Shown here piece after piece: positions 25,483 through 36,929 of a stretch of DNA of 64,000 bases. The notes beneath the pieces were generated by a model. The model made no database searches. It was not told the DNA's origin and saw nothing but the letters and a program-made list of their open reading frames with translations. Source of the DNA: Podarcis vaucheri (taxonomy: Eukaryota); NCBI GenBank assembly GCA_965113315.1, contig OZ220372.1; one strand, given 5' to 3'. Numbering within the stretch: the stretch's first letter is position 1; every line of letters begins with the position of its first letter. The translations under genes were made by a program, and so were the position numbers.

Positions 25483-25967
25483 CTGACTCCACTGCCTTCT
25501 GTATGATGCTGAAGCAGTGCTTGTTGGAGGACCGCGGCGAAGCCACTTGCAAGTCAATGAAGGTGACTGCAGCTGTTGAGAGAGCACCTGCAGTGAGGCA
25601 GAGACTTCTTCGAGAATTAAGGATAGTGGCAGTGCAGTATCTGGGCAGGGTATCTGCTGTGTCATGACCACAGCGATGGGACTGATAAAGCATTTCCGTG
25701 ATAGATAGTTGGAATTTGGTGGCTTTGTATACGATCACTTAGATATCAACTAGATATCTTTATAACTGAGTTCTTGGAGCTTCTGTTTAAGGCTGATTTT
25801 TTTCGTGTTTTTGATTCTGTGATATTGATTTATGTATTATATATGTATATTTGTAACATTAATTTTATTTAAATCACTTCCGTCTTGGTTTTTGGTCCCA
25901 GTTAGAAAATGCCCCTGTCCCCCGACAGTTCGCAAGCTGTGATCACGTCCACACCATTCGTTTAAAG

Positions 25968-26105
25968 CAGAGTTTCCCAAACTTGGGTCTCTGGCTGATT
26001 TTTTTACTACAACTCCCATCATCCATAGCTAGCAGGACCAGTGGTCAGGGATGATGAGAATTGTAGTCAAATAAACAGCTGGACACCCAAGTTTGGGAAA
26101 CCCTG
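25968..26105. mobile_element. hAT-type MITE (138 bp) nested in a palindromic element
   Basis: TIRs CAGAGTTTCCCAAACTTGGGT / ACCCAAGTTTGGGAAACCCTG and a perfect 8-bp TSD GTTTAAAG (25960-25967 / 26106-26113). Confidence 0.9.
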
Positions 26106-27267
26106 GTTTAAAGCAAATTTATAGCACTTTTAACAGTCATGACTCCCACACCAAAGAATTCTGGCAACTGTAGTTTACCCCTCACAGAGCTGTACTTTGC
26201 AGCACCCTTCACAAACCACAGTTCCCAGGATTCCTAGTGGGAAGCCACGTGCTTCAAATGTGTCATGTGGATATTATCCAAATGGACAGAGGTAATAAAA
26301 CGAAGCAGAGAGCAAAACAAAGCCAGCCACATTACAACTCTTAGCAGCAAAGGGAAAAAAATCCTCCAAAGGCTGCTAGAAAATAAAGGTATTGACAAAT
26401 AAGGGGACTAATCAGGACAGCCAAGGTGGGGCGTTCCATAATTTGAGCAGTGCAACCCAATGGACTCTTCCCCATGATGTGGTTAACCAAACCTCCACTG
26501 GCAACAGGACAGAGTGAGGCCTCTGATGAAAATCACAGTGGGTGGGCAGGCTCACATGGAAGGCTGAAATTCTTCAACTGTCTGGTCACAATCCCTTACT
26601 TAGGGTCCCCAAGTGCTTGACAGCCAAGCTGATTCTTGGGTGCCCATTGGGCAAGTGCAAAGGGTGTTTTGTAAGCCACCCAGAGCTGCTGTTTTAAACT
26701 TCTGATGTCCTTGATTTAAAGAGGGAATGTGGGGAAGCTTTGCAAGGGGCTTTAAAGGCAAGAGCAAGCGCTGGAAACAAGCAGGTAGGCAGAGAAGACT
26801 GAACACAACTGGAGTTAATAGGCTCAAAAACGCAAGTCTAGCTGCTGCATTTGGCACCGGCCGAAGTTTCCGAACACTTCAGCAGCCCAGCAAAGTGTGT
26901 GCTGCAGTCATTGTCCAGAAGCACCCAAGACCACAAGCTTGGTTTTTCAAGGAAACTGCTATCCCTTCCAGTAAAGGTGTGTGTCTAATCTTGGATTGGC
27001 TTTCCTACTGATCAGAAGTGCCTCTGTCTTGTCTGGCTTAAAGTATCAACTCATTAGCCCGCATTCTACCCACCACTGCTCTCAAATTGCAGTTCAGGAT
27101 CTCCACACCCTCCCTGGACGGAAGGAAGGAAATGCAAGCTAGAGATGGGTGTCCACAGCATATTACTGACACCATATAACCTCCTAGCTGTTTCATGCAG
27201 GCGTGAATTTCATGCGGGGACACACTGGAGTCCTTTGTGATGTAGGGCAGAGGCCAAGGAAGAAGAG

Positions 27268-27500
27268 TTTGGATTTGATAGCCCGCCTTTCACTCCCTTT
27301 AAGGAGTGTCAAAGTGGCTAACATTCTCCTTTCCCTTCCTCCCCCACAACAAACACTCTGTGAGGTGAGTGGGGCTGAGAGACTTCAGAGAAGTGTGACT
27401 GGCCCAAGGTCACCCAGCAGCTGCATGTGGAGGAGCGGAGACGCAAACCCAGTTCACCAGATTACGAGACTACCGCTCTTAACCACTACACCACACTGCC
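27268..27500 (-). mobile_element. Squamate tRNA-derived SINE
   Basis: The minus strand begins GCAGTGTGGTGTAGTGGTTAAGAGCGGTAG (A-box-like), followed by CTGGGTTTGCGTCTCC (B-box-like) and a GGGTGACCTTGGGCCAGTCAC core. Confidence 0.65.
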
Positions 27501-29124
27501 TCACGAATTAAACACGAATCCCTAAAAGCCATGTTCAGCAACTGACTTGCAAGGTAAGACTACAGCCACTGCTAAACAGCGCCTCCCATCCCAAAGGGAT
27601 GGTCAATGGTATTAAAAGCTTGTTGCAAGTTCCAACTGGCCTGCAGTCCCCTTGTTCAGCTCACAGCATAGGTAATCCACTAGTGTAACAGATATTTCAG
27701 TGCCAAAACCATACTGCAAAGGATAAAGATCGTACCTTGAGCACTTTGCCCAAGTAGCATAAATAGGAAACCAGCAGGTAATCGCCTAGGATGGTGGGAT
27801 CTGATGAAGGCTCCTTTGATAATGCCTTACAACTCCTTCCTTCAGTCCATACGGTATTTCACTATTCTTTACAACCTGCCCCACCAAATTGACCTGCCCT
27901 GCTCTGGCTGCCTTAAGGAGTTGGGATGGACAAGGGCCAAGAGGACAGATGATCAGCCTAACACCTCCAAGCACTGTGTCCACATCCTCAGACTGAAGGA
28001 GCTAAAACATACCTATTAAAACAGGATGATCAGGTAACAGCATAAGAAGAGCCCTTGCTGAATCAGATCAAAGGCCTATCTAACTCCACCTCCAGTTCTC
28101 ACAGCAGCCAACCACATGCCTATGTGAAACCTGCAAAAAAGTTATGAATGCAACAGCAGTACCAGATGACAGCAGGGATAGCTCAGTCTGGAGAGCAGGA
28201 GGCTCTTAATCCCAGGGTAGGGGGTTTGAACCCCATGCTGGGCAAACGATTCCTGCATTGACTAGATGAGTCTAGGAGGTCCTTTCCAACTCTACAGTTC
28301 TATGATTCTACCAAGGCTTCCATAGACTTCACAATGAGAACAGGATCTATTTTGAAACTAACACGAATGACTTTATCAGCAAGGTGCCTTGCAAACTAAC
28401 TGGTCGCTCTAGGCCAGCACAGTGCCCTTTCCCCTCTCAGAATACTTTACCCCTTGGAACAGCTCTGCTAGATGACAACGCATTGATAGGAAGATGGCAG
28501 AGAAAGTTGATGGCAAACAATAGGTGCTAGCTGAGGGATGGACAACCTGTGACTTCCAGATGCTGCTAGACACCAGCTCCCATCACTTCTGGTCATGGGC
28601 TGGTAGAGGCTGATGAAAGATGTCCTACAACATCTAGAGGGCTACAGGTTCCACATACCTATGTTTTGTTGGATTTGTGATGTGTCTTCCAAGGTCTACT
28701 CAGCAGATTCAATGTCCTGAACTCAGAAAAAAAAATGAGCATTCAGTAGAATCAAATGGGAAAGCTTTCCCATGGCCTCTACTACTTCAAGATTCGGGTG
28801 GGTGTTTGCAAATTTGAATTCTTCCCAGTGGGGGCAGGTAACTCCTTCTACATAGTAAACGATTCAGCCCAGCTTCCTTGAAATATATTTCCCTGCATGC
28901 AAGCAGCTTCCCCCCCAAAAAAACTTGTCCATGGCAGAAGCATTCAAACAAACCACCCCTACACAAAGCCAGAAGTGGCAGAGTCCCAGGAAAAGAACCC
29001 GGTTCTGCTCAGAGAATAAAACAGAGCCAAGAGGAAGACGCTCCTCCTATCATTTCAGGTGGGGAAGGGGACATGGGCAGACGGCTTCTGCTGAGCCCAC
29101 CACCTGAGAGTGAGTGAGTGTTCA

Positions 29125-29210
29125 GTGATGTAAATGGCAGGAGCAGGAAAGGGGAGGTTGCCAAGGGTGATTATGACCTTCCTCCCCTGCACTGTGATGC
29201 TCAATGGCAC
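29125..29210 (+). promoter_or_regulatory. Proximal promoter block of tubulin copy A, shared with copy B
   Basis: GTGATGTAA (29125-29133), TGACCT (29174-29179) and CTGCnCTnTGAnnCTnAAnGGCA occur in the same order upstream of copy B. Confidence 0.45.
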
Positions 29211-29341
29211 TCCCTGGGGGTGGCATGCATGGCTTGGGGTCCTTGGCACCCAGCTGCCTAGAGCGAGACAGCAGTGGGAACATCAACATCCACAGCTGCT
29301 GTTGTTAATCGGGAGCGAGAGTGAGCACTACTTGAGGCACC

Positions 29342-29344
29342 ATG
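29342..29344 (+). CDS. Alpha-tubulin 8-like copy A, exon 1 (ATG only)
   Basis: GCACC-ATG|GTAAGG gives a Kozak context plus a strong donor. Vertebrate alpha-tubulin genes have an intron directly after the start codon. Confidence 0.75.
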
Positions 29345-29807
29345 GTAAGGAAGGCAGGGGAGCTTCCTGCACATGGAAGGTACCAAGGGGAGAGAAGGTT
29401 TCCCCTGCTTCAGAACTATTGAAAGGGTAGAAGATCAAGGCAGTTTGACAATACAGGATTGATGTGGCGTAGATGTCAGGGTGGAGATCAGGGTTAGGGA
29501 ACCGCCAAATCCTGCTGGGCTTTTAAGTCCATCCCTGACCATTGGCCCTGGTGGCTGGGACTGGTGGGTGTTAGAAGTCTAAGAACATCAGGAACGCCAC
29601 GGGTCTCCCTTCCCTGATCTACACCCTGACATTTTATCCACCATCACATCAGTTCTGTGATGGCAAGGTTGATGCTGCAGCAGCCAGCTGTTCCAGGCCA
29701 GCAGCTGAATGACTTGAGAGCATTTGTATCCCACCCTTTTCCCCAAGGTGCCAAGGAGAAGCCCACAAGCAATAGCACTCCTGACTCATGTTTCCCAGAA
29801 ACTAGTA

Positions 29808-30033
29808 CAGTGGTACCTCGGGTTAAGAACTTAAATCGTTCCGGAGGTCTGTTCTTAACCTGAAACTGTTCTTAACCTGGAGCACCACTTTAGCTAATGG
29901 GGCCTCCTGCTGCTGCCGTGCCACCGCTGCACGATTTCTGTTCTCATCCTGAAGCAAAGTTCTTAACCCAAGGTACTATTGCTGGGTTAGCGGAGTCTGT
30001 AACCTGAAGCGTCTGTAACCCGAGGGAGCACTG
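29808..30033. mobile_element. Tc1/mariner-type MITE family (about 230 bp), copy 1 of 8
   Basis: TA|CAGTGGTACCTCGGGTTA...TAACCCGAGGnAnCACTG|TA. Other copies are at 36688-36929, 43685-43918, 45087-45320, 46489-46730, 57549-57779, 58137-58367 and 59209-59434. Confidence 0.85.
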
Positions 30034-30185
30034 TATAAGACCTCTGACATTGGGGATAGAAAATAGCCAGCATGTCTAGGAGCCACTGATAGCTTTATCC
30101 TACCTAAATTTATCTAACATTTTTAAGGCGTCATAGTTGCTAGCTATCACAACATCTAGTGAGTTCCATAGTTTAACCATGTTCT

Positions 30186-30563
30186 TTTTTCCATTAATTG
30201 AATTCTTTATTAAACATATTTTACAAAATTATACAGCAATATATTACAATTTGTATCCCATCCTATACCGCAGAAAAATTAAAAATACATTTTTTTAAAA
30301 AAGACCTAAAATAGACTTCCGATTGTTCTAAAAAACAAAAACGAAATTACACTTGTTCTCTTTTACAGTATCCTATTAATATATTATGTTCTTAAATCTT
30401 TTTGATAACAAAAAAGGAAAAATAAATAAATAAAAACATTAAGTTTACATATATTGTCTGTACAATGCAAGACTCATTCAAGATCTGCCAGGAGGTTTTT
30501 GCTGTCACAGTAGTTTTTCAGGTACTCCTTGAATATAATCCATTCTTGGTTTACTTTTTGCAT
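30186..30563 (-). mobile_element. 5'-truncated L1-like 3' end
   Basis: T-run plus TTTATT at the left end, an AT-rich 3' UTR-like body, and the direct repeat CATGTTCT (30178-30185 / 30564-30571). Confidence 0.5.
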
Positions 30564-30793
30564 CATGTTCTACAATGATGATAAATGAGAGAGAGCTGTC
30601 AAATATTGGTTAGGCTTTCAATCCCTCTCTGTTTTATTCAGACATTGCCAGTTAATGTTGACTGAAGCTTTCCCCTTGATTTTATTTATGCCAGCTGTCA
30701 GCAATGCACACTGTAGCAAAAAATGCCAACCACATAAATCTAATGGCATCTGAACTGGTCCAGAAAAAGATATTGGGGTTCGATATTGTTTAT

Positions 30794-30838
<45 letters not shown>

Positions 30839-31459
30839 ATTTGAAAACATCAATAAAAATTATCTAAAAGTTAAAAGTGATGGATAGCTTTATGTGCAGC
30901 AGCTGTGAAAAAGGTTAATTCCATGTTAGAGATCATAAGGAAAGCAAATGAAAATAAAACTGCCAATATAGCAACAATATTGCTATACAAATCAATGGTA
31001 CAACCACATTTGGAATACTGTGTACAGTTCTAATCACCACCCCTCCAAAAGGAGAATGTAGAAGGGAAATGTTAGGAAAGAGCCACCAAAGTGATCAATG
31101 GAATAGAGTAGATCCCCTATGAAGAAAGGCTACAGTGTTTGGAGCTTTTCATTTAGAGAAAAGGTGACTAAGGGCGGATTTACACACAGGAATAACAACG
31201 CTATAAAGAAGTCAGAAATTAAATCGTTTTATAACAAAAGAGAAAAAAACCTATGTAAAAATCAAATACAAATTTTGTTTGCTCTCTGGCGCCATCTGGT
31301 GTTGCATGTTTATAACACTTTCAAAGTGTTGTTTTTTGACTAATGTAGTTGAGTCCTAAGTAGGGGATATAACAGAGGTATAAAAATTGCATGGTATGGA
31401 GAAAATGCATAGAAAGATGGTTGCACCCACACCCCACGTCTCATAAAACCAGAACTTGG

Positions 31460-31870
31460 GTTATCTACCGCATTTTGAACCAGCTGAAGTTTCCAAATCA
31501 TCTTCAAGGGCAGCCCTGTGTAAAGAACGTTGCAATAACCCAATCTGGAAATTACAAAAGCACGCAATACAGTGGCCAGGTCATTTCTGTCCAAAAGGAA
31601 CTAGAGCTGGAAAAGGGGACTCCAAGCCACGGAGGCCACTCCAGCGATAGTATTGAACCTAAAAGCACCCCCAAGCTGAGGACCTGCTCCTTCCAGAGGC
31701 CTGCAAGGCTGTCCTGGACAGGCTGTCTCCCCACCTCCTTGACCTGAGAACTCGGAACACGCAGTACCTCTGTCTTTTCAGGATTCAGCCTCTATTTATT
31801 AGCTCACATCCAGCCCATCCCTGCCTCCAAGCAGCAGTCTAACACCTCAATTGCCTCTCCAAATTCAGAT
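31460..31870 (-). mobile_element. L2-clade LINE RT/C-terminal fragment
   Basis: DLATVLRAFVISRLGYCNVLYTGLPLKMIWKLQLVQNA is the typical L2 ORF2 C-terminal motif. Confidence 0.8.
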
Positions 31871-32102
31871 GGGACAGATAGAGGAAGAGAGGTGACTCGT
31901 GGGGTCCCGCCCAACTCTACAGTTCTTTGGTTCTAAGACAGTTCTGGTCCAGCAGTCCCAGCAGTGCCAAGCAACTAGGTCTAGCTACCATTTTAATTTG
32001 ACTAAGTGCTTCAGAGTGACTCTGCAGCTGCATTGTTGTGGGAAATCAAACTTAAAATAAATAAACCCTTCCAAGCATATGCATGAAACTACTTACAGGT
32101 TA

Positions 32103-32455
32103 GGGACGTGGGTGGCGCTGTGGGTTAAACCACAGAGCCTAGGACTTGCCGATCAGAAGGTCGGCGGTTCAAATCCCCACGACGGGGTGAGCTCCCATTG
32201 CTCGGTCCCTGCTCCTGCCAACTTAGCAGTTCGAAAGCACGTCAAAGTGCAAGTAGATAAATAGGTACCGCTCCGGCAGGAAGGTAAATGGTGTTTCCAT
32301 GCGCTGCTCTGGTTCACCAGAAGCGGCTTAGTCATGCTGGCCACAAGACCTGGAAGCTATATGCTGGCTCCCTCGGCCAATAAAGCGAGATGAGCACTGC
32401 AACCCCAGAGCTGGCCACGACTGGACCTAATGGTCAGAGGTCCCTTTACCTTTAC
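32103..32455 (+). mobile_element. Sauria-type SINE
   Basis: GGGACGTGGGTGGCGCTGTGGGTTAAACC head, GGTTCAAATCCC B-box, (ACCTTT)n tail and flanking repeat ACTTACAGG. Confidence 0.85.
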
Positions 32456-32541
32456 TTACTTACAGGGTGCAAAAAGGAATGCACCTGTCCCAAAGAGTCT
32501 GTGTCGTGTCTTCTGACTTCACCCTGTTCTCCATTCTGCAG

Positions 32542-32761
32542 CGTGAGTGCATCTCCATTCACGTTGGCCAGGCTGGAGTTCAGATCGGCAATGCATGCTG
32601 GGAACTCTTCTGCCTGGAGCATGGAATTCAGCCAGATGGCACCTTCGCGGAAAAGAACCATCCCAATAATGACGACTCCTTTGCTACGTTCTTCAGAGAG
32701 ACTGGCAACGGGAAGCATGTGCCGCGAGCTATCATGGTGGACTTGGAGCAAACTGTAGTCG
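32542..32761 (+). CDS. Alpha-tubulin 8-like copy A, exon 2 (220 nt)
   Basis: CTGCAG|[73 protein letters not shown]|GTGAGT. One codon shorter than in copy B. Confidence 0.95.
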
Positions 32762-32948
32762 GTGAGTTAAGGCTGTCTCAGGTCACATGAAATGCTTGTG
32801 AGATCATATAGTGGCTCAGGGGGCCACATTTCCTCAATGGGCCTCAGGTTTCCAAATCCCGGAATATGCCTTAGGTGGGATAACCATTAATAGATGAATC
32901 TTCCATTCCATGTGTGTAGTCAAGCCCTACTGAATTGTTCAGCTGTAA

Positions 32949-33303
32949 GACGTGGGTGGAGCTGTGGGTTAAACCACAGAGCCTAGGACTTGCCGATCAG
33001 AAGGTTGGTGGTTCGAATCCCCGCGATGGGGTGAGCTCCTGTTGCTCGGTCACTGCTCCTGCCAACCTAGCAGTTTGAAAGCACCTCAAAGTGCAAGTAG
33101 ATAAATAGGTACCGCTCCGGCGGAAAGGTAAACGGTGTTTCCGTGTGGTGCTCTGGTTTGCCAGAAGCGGCTTAGTCATGCTGGCCACATGACCCGGAAG
33201 CTGTACGCCGGCTCCCTCAGCCAGTAAAGCGAGATGAGCACCGCAACCCCAGATTCGGCCACGACTGGAACTAATGGTCAGGGGTCCTTTTATGTTTACC
33301 TTT
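32949..33303 (+). mobile_element. Sauria-type SINE
   Basis: Same family as 32103-32455. Confidence 0.85.
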
Positions 33304-33618
33304 AAGAAAACAAAAGTTGTTTTCTAATGGTATGAACAATCAATCTATTCAACTCTTTAAAGCCACAGCTTTCTATGGAATGCCCCAGCTAATAGATACT
33401 TCGGAACCTGTAGCCCAGCAGATGTTGTTGGACCATCTCAGCATCTCTGACCATTGACCATGCTGGCTGGGGCTGATGGGAGTTGGAGTGCAACAGGTTC
33501 CTCACCACTTAATTGAAATACCAGGCCATGGTTTTCTATCTAGATTCAGAGTTCGGTTGCCTTGTATTAAAATTCAGCTCCTTTTGGAAGGCCTTACGCT
33601 TCCTTCCCCCTTTCACAG

Positions 33619-33767
33619 ATGAAGTGCGGGCTGGCACCTACCGTCAGCTTTTCCACCCGGAACAGCTGATCACTGGCAAGGAAGATGCAGCTAATAACTA
33701 CGCCCGCGGTCACTACACTATCGGGAAGGACAGGATTGAGCTAGCACTGGATCGCATCCGAAAACTG
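33619..33767 (+). CDS. Alpha-tubulin 8-like copy A, exon 3 (149 nt)
   Basis: CACAG|[50 protein letters not shown]|GTAAGG. Confidence 0.95.
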
Positions 33768-34644
33768 GTAAGGCACAACGGAACTGAAAGCATGTTTTGG
33801 TAGGCTACAATGTTATACTGAATGGCACTTCAAAGAGATCAGAAATGCATTGGCTGGGTCCCTGGAGAACCTGAGGACCAAGCAAAAGAAGTTCCCCCTT
33901 TGGTCCACCTGAGTCCAACTCCACCCATCAGATATCTCTCTTAATTAGGAGGGTGTCATAGCTCTAATTTACTTGTTCATTCTAATGATTATGTTTATGT
34001 AAGTCAATATATCATCTTATTTTACAATAGATATTTACCGTATGCCAATCAGTAGATTTATTGATTGAGATCTATGGGTATAGGACGATATACGTATTTA
34101 ACAAAAATTAAAATAAAATAGATACACAGAGAGAGACATGCACACAGAAACGCACTCATGCATATGTATGGACACATACACCATCCATCCCTTTCTCCTA
34201 GCCACATTCTGGATTGGTTGAGAAAGGATGTGGAGAAGCCAGTTTGTACCACACTAAGCAGACACCTGGGTGTTTCTTTAATTCAGATGGAGAAACACTT
34301 GTTTTATAGAATGACTAGATAAAATGGAGGGCCCTTTAATACAAGGATGGGGAAGCAGTGTTGAAGAATAGTGAGGTAGGACATGGCTCCTAATATCACA
34401 TTTGCCAATTGCATGGAAAGAGAAATAAAGTTTCCGTCCTCTCCTAATGCTTTTGGTGCTGAATCTCCACCCCTCTGTCTGCCTACTTAAACAGACTAAA
34501 ATACTTTTCACAATGTACAGTCCTTCCTGGACTCTAACATTTCAGAACTCAGGAGGGGTATCTTATTTACGCAGGCTCATTGGTGTGATAAAAAAGCTCC
34601 CTGCATGTGTGAGGAAAGCACCTAAATGATGATTCCCTTTACAG

Positions 34645-35325
34645 GCTGACACCTGTTCAGGGCTACAAGGATTCCTGATTTTCCACAGCTTCGGAGGAGG
34701 CACAGGTTCTGGCTTTACCTCCCTGCTGATGGAGCGCCTGTCTGTGGACTATGGCAAGAAGTCCAAGCTGGAGTTTGCCATCTACCCAGCCCCCCAGGTT
34801 TCCACTGCGGTGGTGGAGCCCTACAATTCTATCCTGACCACCCACACCACCTTGGAGCATTCCGACTGTGCCTTCATGGTGGACAATGAGGCCATCTACG
34901 ACATCTGCCGACGCAATCTGGACATTGAGCGCCCCACGTACACCAACCTGAACCGCCTCATCAGCCAGATTGTCTCCTCCATCACCGCTTCCCTGCGTTT
35001 CGACGGCGCCCTCAACGTGGACTTGACTGAGTTCCAGACCAACCTGGTGCCTTACCCTCGCATCCACTTCCCCTTGGTGACCTATGCGCCCATCATCTCC
35101 TCCGAGAGGGCTTACCACGAGCAGCTCTCCGTGGCCGAAATCACCAGCTCCTGCTTTGAACCCAACAACCAGATGGTGAAATGCGACCCCCGCCATGGGA
35201 AGTACATGGCCTGCTGCATGCTCTACCGAGGTGATGTGGTGCCCAAAGACGTCAACGTAGCCATTGCTGCCATCAAGACCAAGAGGGCAATCCAGTTTGT
35301 GGACTGGTGCCCAACTGGCTTCAAG
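34645..35325 (+). CDS. Alpha-tubulin 8-like copy A, exon 4 (681 nt)
   Basis: TACAG|[23 protein letters not shown] (tubulin signature)...[11 protein letters not shown]|GTGAGG. Confidence 0.96.
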
Positions 35326-35621
35326 GTGAGGAGAGATTCATATTGGCATGAACTCTGGGTCCCAATGCAATCATTAAGGTTTATCAAGAGAGGAATCTTT
35401 GGAAAAGATTCAGAAAAGGGCTTTTTCTGAACATCTGAAGCTTTTTACTTTAGAAAAAAAGCAGATAAGGGGAGACATGTAGTGTGGAGAAAGGGGATGC
35501 CATAGGAATTGCTGGTGAACATACCTGTGGTTTGGTGATTCCAAAAAAAGTCACACTCCATCCCATTCCCTATTGTTATTTCCCGTATAAAATAGAACTG
35601 CCTTGCAAACTATTTCACCAT

Positions 35622-35972
35622 AGGTAAAGGTAAAGGGACCCCTGACCCCTGTTCGGTCCAGTCGCGTATGACTCTGGGGTTGTGACACTCATCTCACTTT
35701 ACTGGCCGAGGGAGCCGACATACAGCTTCTGCATCACGTGGCCAGCATGACTAAGCCGCTTCTGGCAAACCAGAGCAGTGCATGGAAATACCATTTACAT
35801 TCCCGCCGGAGCGGTACCTATTTATCTACTTGCACTGTGTGCTTTCGAACTGCTAGGTTGGCAGGAGCAGGGACTGAGCAACGGGAGCTCACCCCATCGT
35901 GGGGATTTGAACCGCTGACCTTCTGATCTGCAAGCCCTAGGCTCTGTGGTTTAACCCACAGTGCCACCTGTT
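35622..35972 (-). mobile_element. Sauria-type SINE (reverse orientation)
   Basis: (AAAGGT)n tail at the left end and a near-perfect flanking repeat TTCACCATAGG / TTCACTATAGG. Confidence 0.85.
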
Positions 35973-36186
35973 CACTATAGGGTTGCCAACAAATAGAGGG
36001 ACATCACTCAGTTCCCATAGAGAATTATGATGGAAGGTATCAGTCTTTACCAGAACTACAGGCAGTATGTCACCTCATTCTTATTCTACCTCTATGGTTC
36101 CAATTTAGAGGTGGTTGCTTGAACTGATACCATTTATGTGTGTGTCTATATGCTTGCTTTCTCCCCTTTCCTTCTAATCCTACCAG

Positions 36187-36480
36187 GTTGGCATTAATTA
36201 CCAGCCGCCAACTGTAACCCCTGGAGGAGATCTGGCCCAAGTCCAGCGCGCTGTCTGCATGCTCAGCAACACCACTGCCATTGCTGAAGCCTGGGCAAGG
36301 CTAAACCACAAGTTCGACCTGATGTTTGCCAAGAGAGCGTTTGTGCACTGGTACGTTGGTGAAGGCATGGAAGAAGGGGAGTTTGTAGAAGCTCGAGAGG
36401 ACCTGTCCGCGCTGGAGAAGGACTATGAGGAAGTGGCAACTGACTCGTTTGAGTCGGTACTCGACAGCGAGGAAATCTAA
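36187..36480 (+). CDS. Alpha-tubulin 8-like copy A, exon 5 (294 nt including TAA); total CDS 1347 nt, 448 aa
   Basis: ACCAG|[30 protein letters not shown]...[19 protein letters not shown]. Confidence 0.95.
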   Translation, partial: VGINYQPPTVTPGGDLAQVQRAVCMLSNTTAIAEAWARLNHKFDLMFAKRAFVHWYVGEGMEEGEFVEAREDLSALEKDYEEVATDSFESVLDSEEI

Positions 36481-36687
36481 CAGTTTGCTCCTCTCTGTGC
36501 ACCAGATTGTCTCTTGTCTGTTTCTTCCCTTCCTTTGGGCCTTTGTAGACTTTGAGGGAGAAATTTCCTTCAGAGGTTCCGTGTGGAGGCTCATGAAAAG
36601 TTCCCAATGGGTCGGACTTTATTCAGTAACGCATTACAGGACAGAGTTAAAAGAGTTTGCGAGAGCTTTCTTTCAGAAAACACTATA

Positions 36688-36929
36688 CAGTGGTACCTCG
36701 GGTTACATACGCTTCAGGTTACACATGCTTCAGGTTACAGACCCCGCTAACACAGAAATAGTACCTCAGGTTAAGAACTTTGCTTCAGGATGAGAACAGA
36801 AATCGTGCGGCGGAGGCACGGCAGCAGTGGGAGGCCCCATTAGCTAAAGTGGTGCTTCAGGTTAAGAACAGTTTCAGGTTAACAACGGACCTTCGGAAAG
36901 TATTAAGTACTTAACCCGAGGTATCACTG
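36688..36929. mobile_element. Tc1/mariner-type MITE
   Basis: Same TIRs and TA flanks as 29808-30033, with the opposite internal orientation. Confidence 0.85.

Noticed and set aside
28175-28250. tRNA genes here and at about 17945, 49610 and 63695
   Set aside because: These are degenerate A/B-box SINE heads without a complete cloverleaf, and they are followed by repeat bodies.
34663-35196. 177-aa minus-strand ORFs here and at 56034-56567
   Set aside because: These are antisense shadows of GC3-rich tubulin exon 4. Their similarity to each other only reflects the exon-4 identity.
32153-35926. Recurrent short ORFs beginning MASMTKPLL
   Set aside because: They are translations of three Sauria SINE copies, not a gene family.
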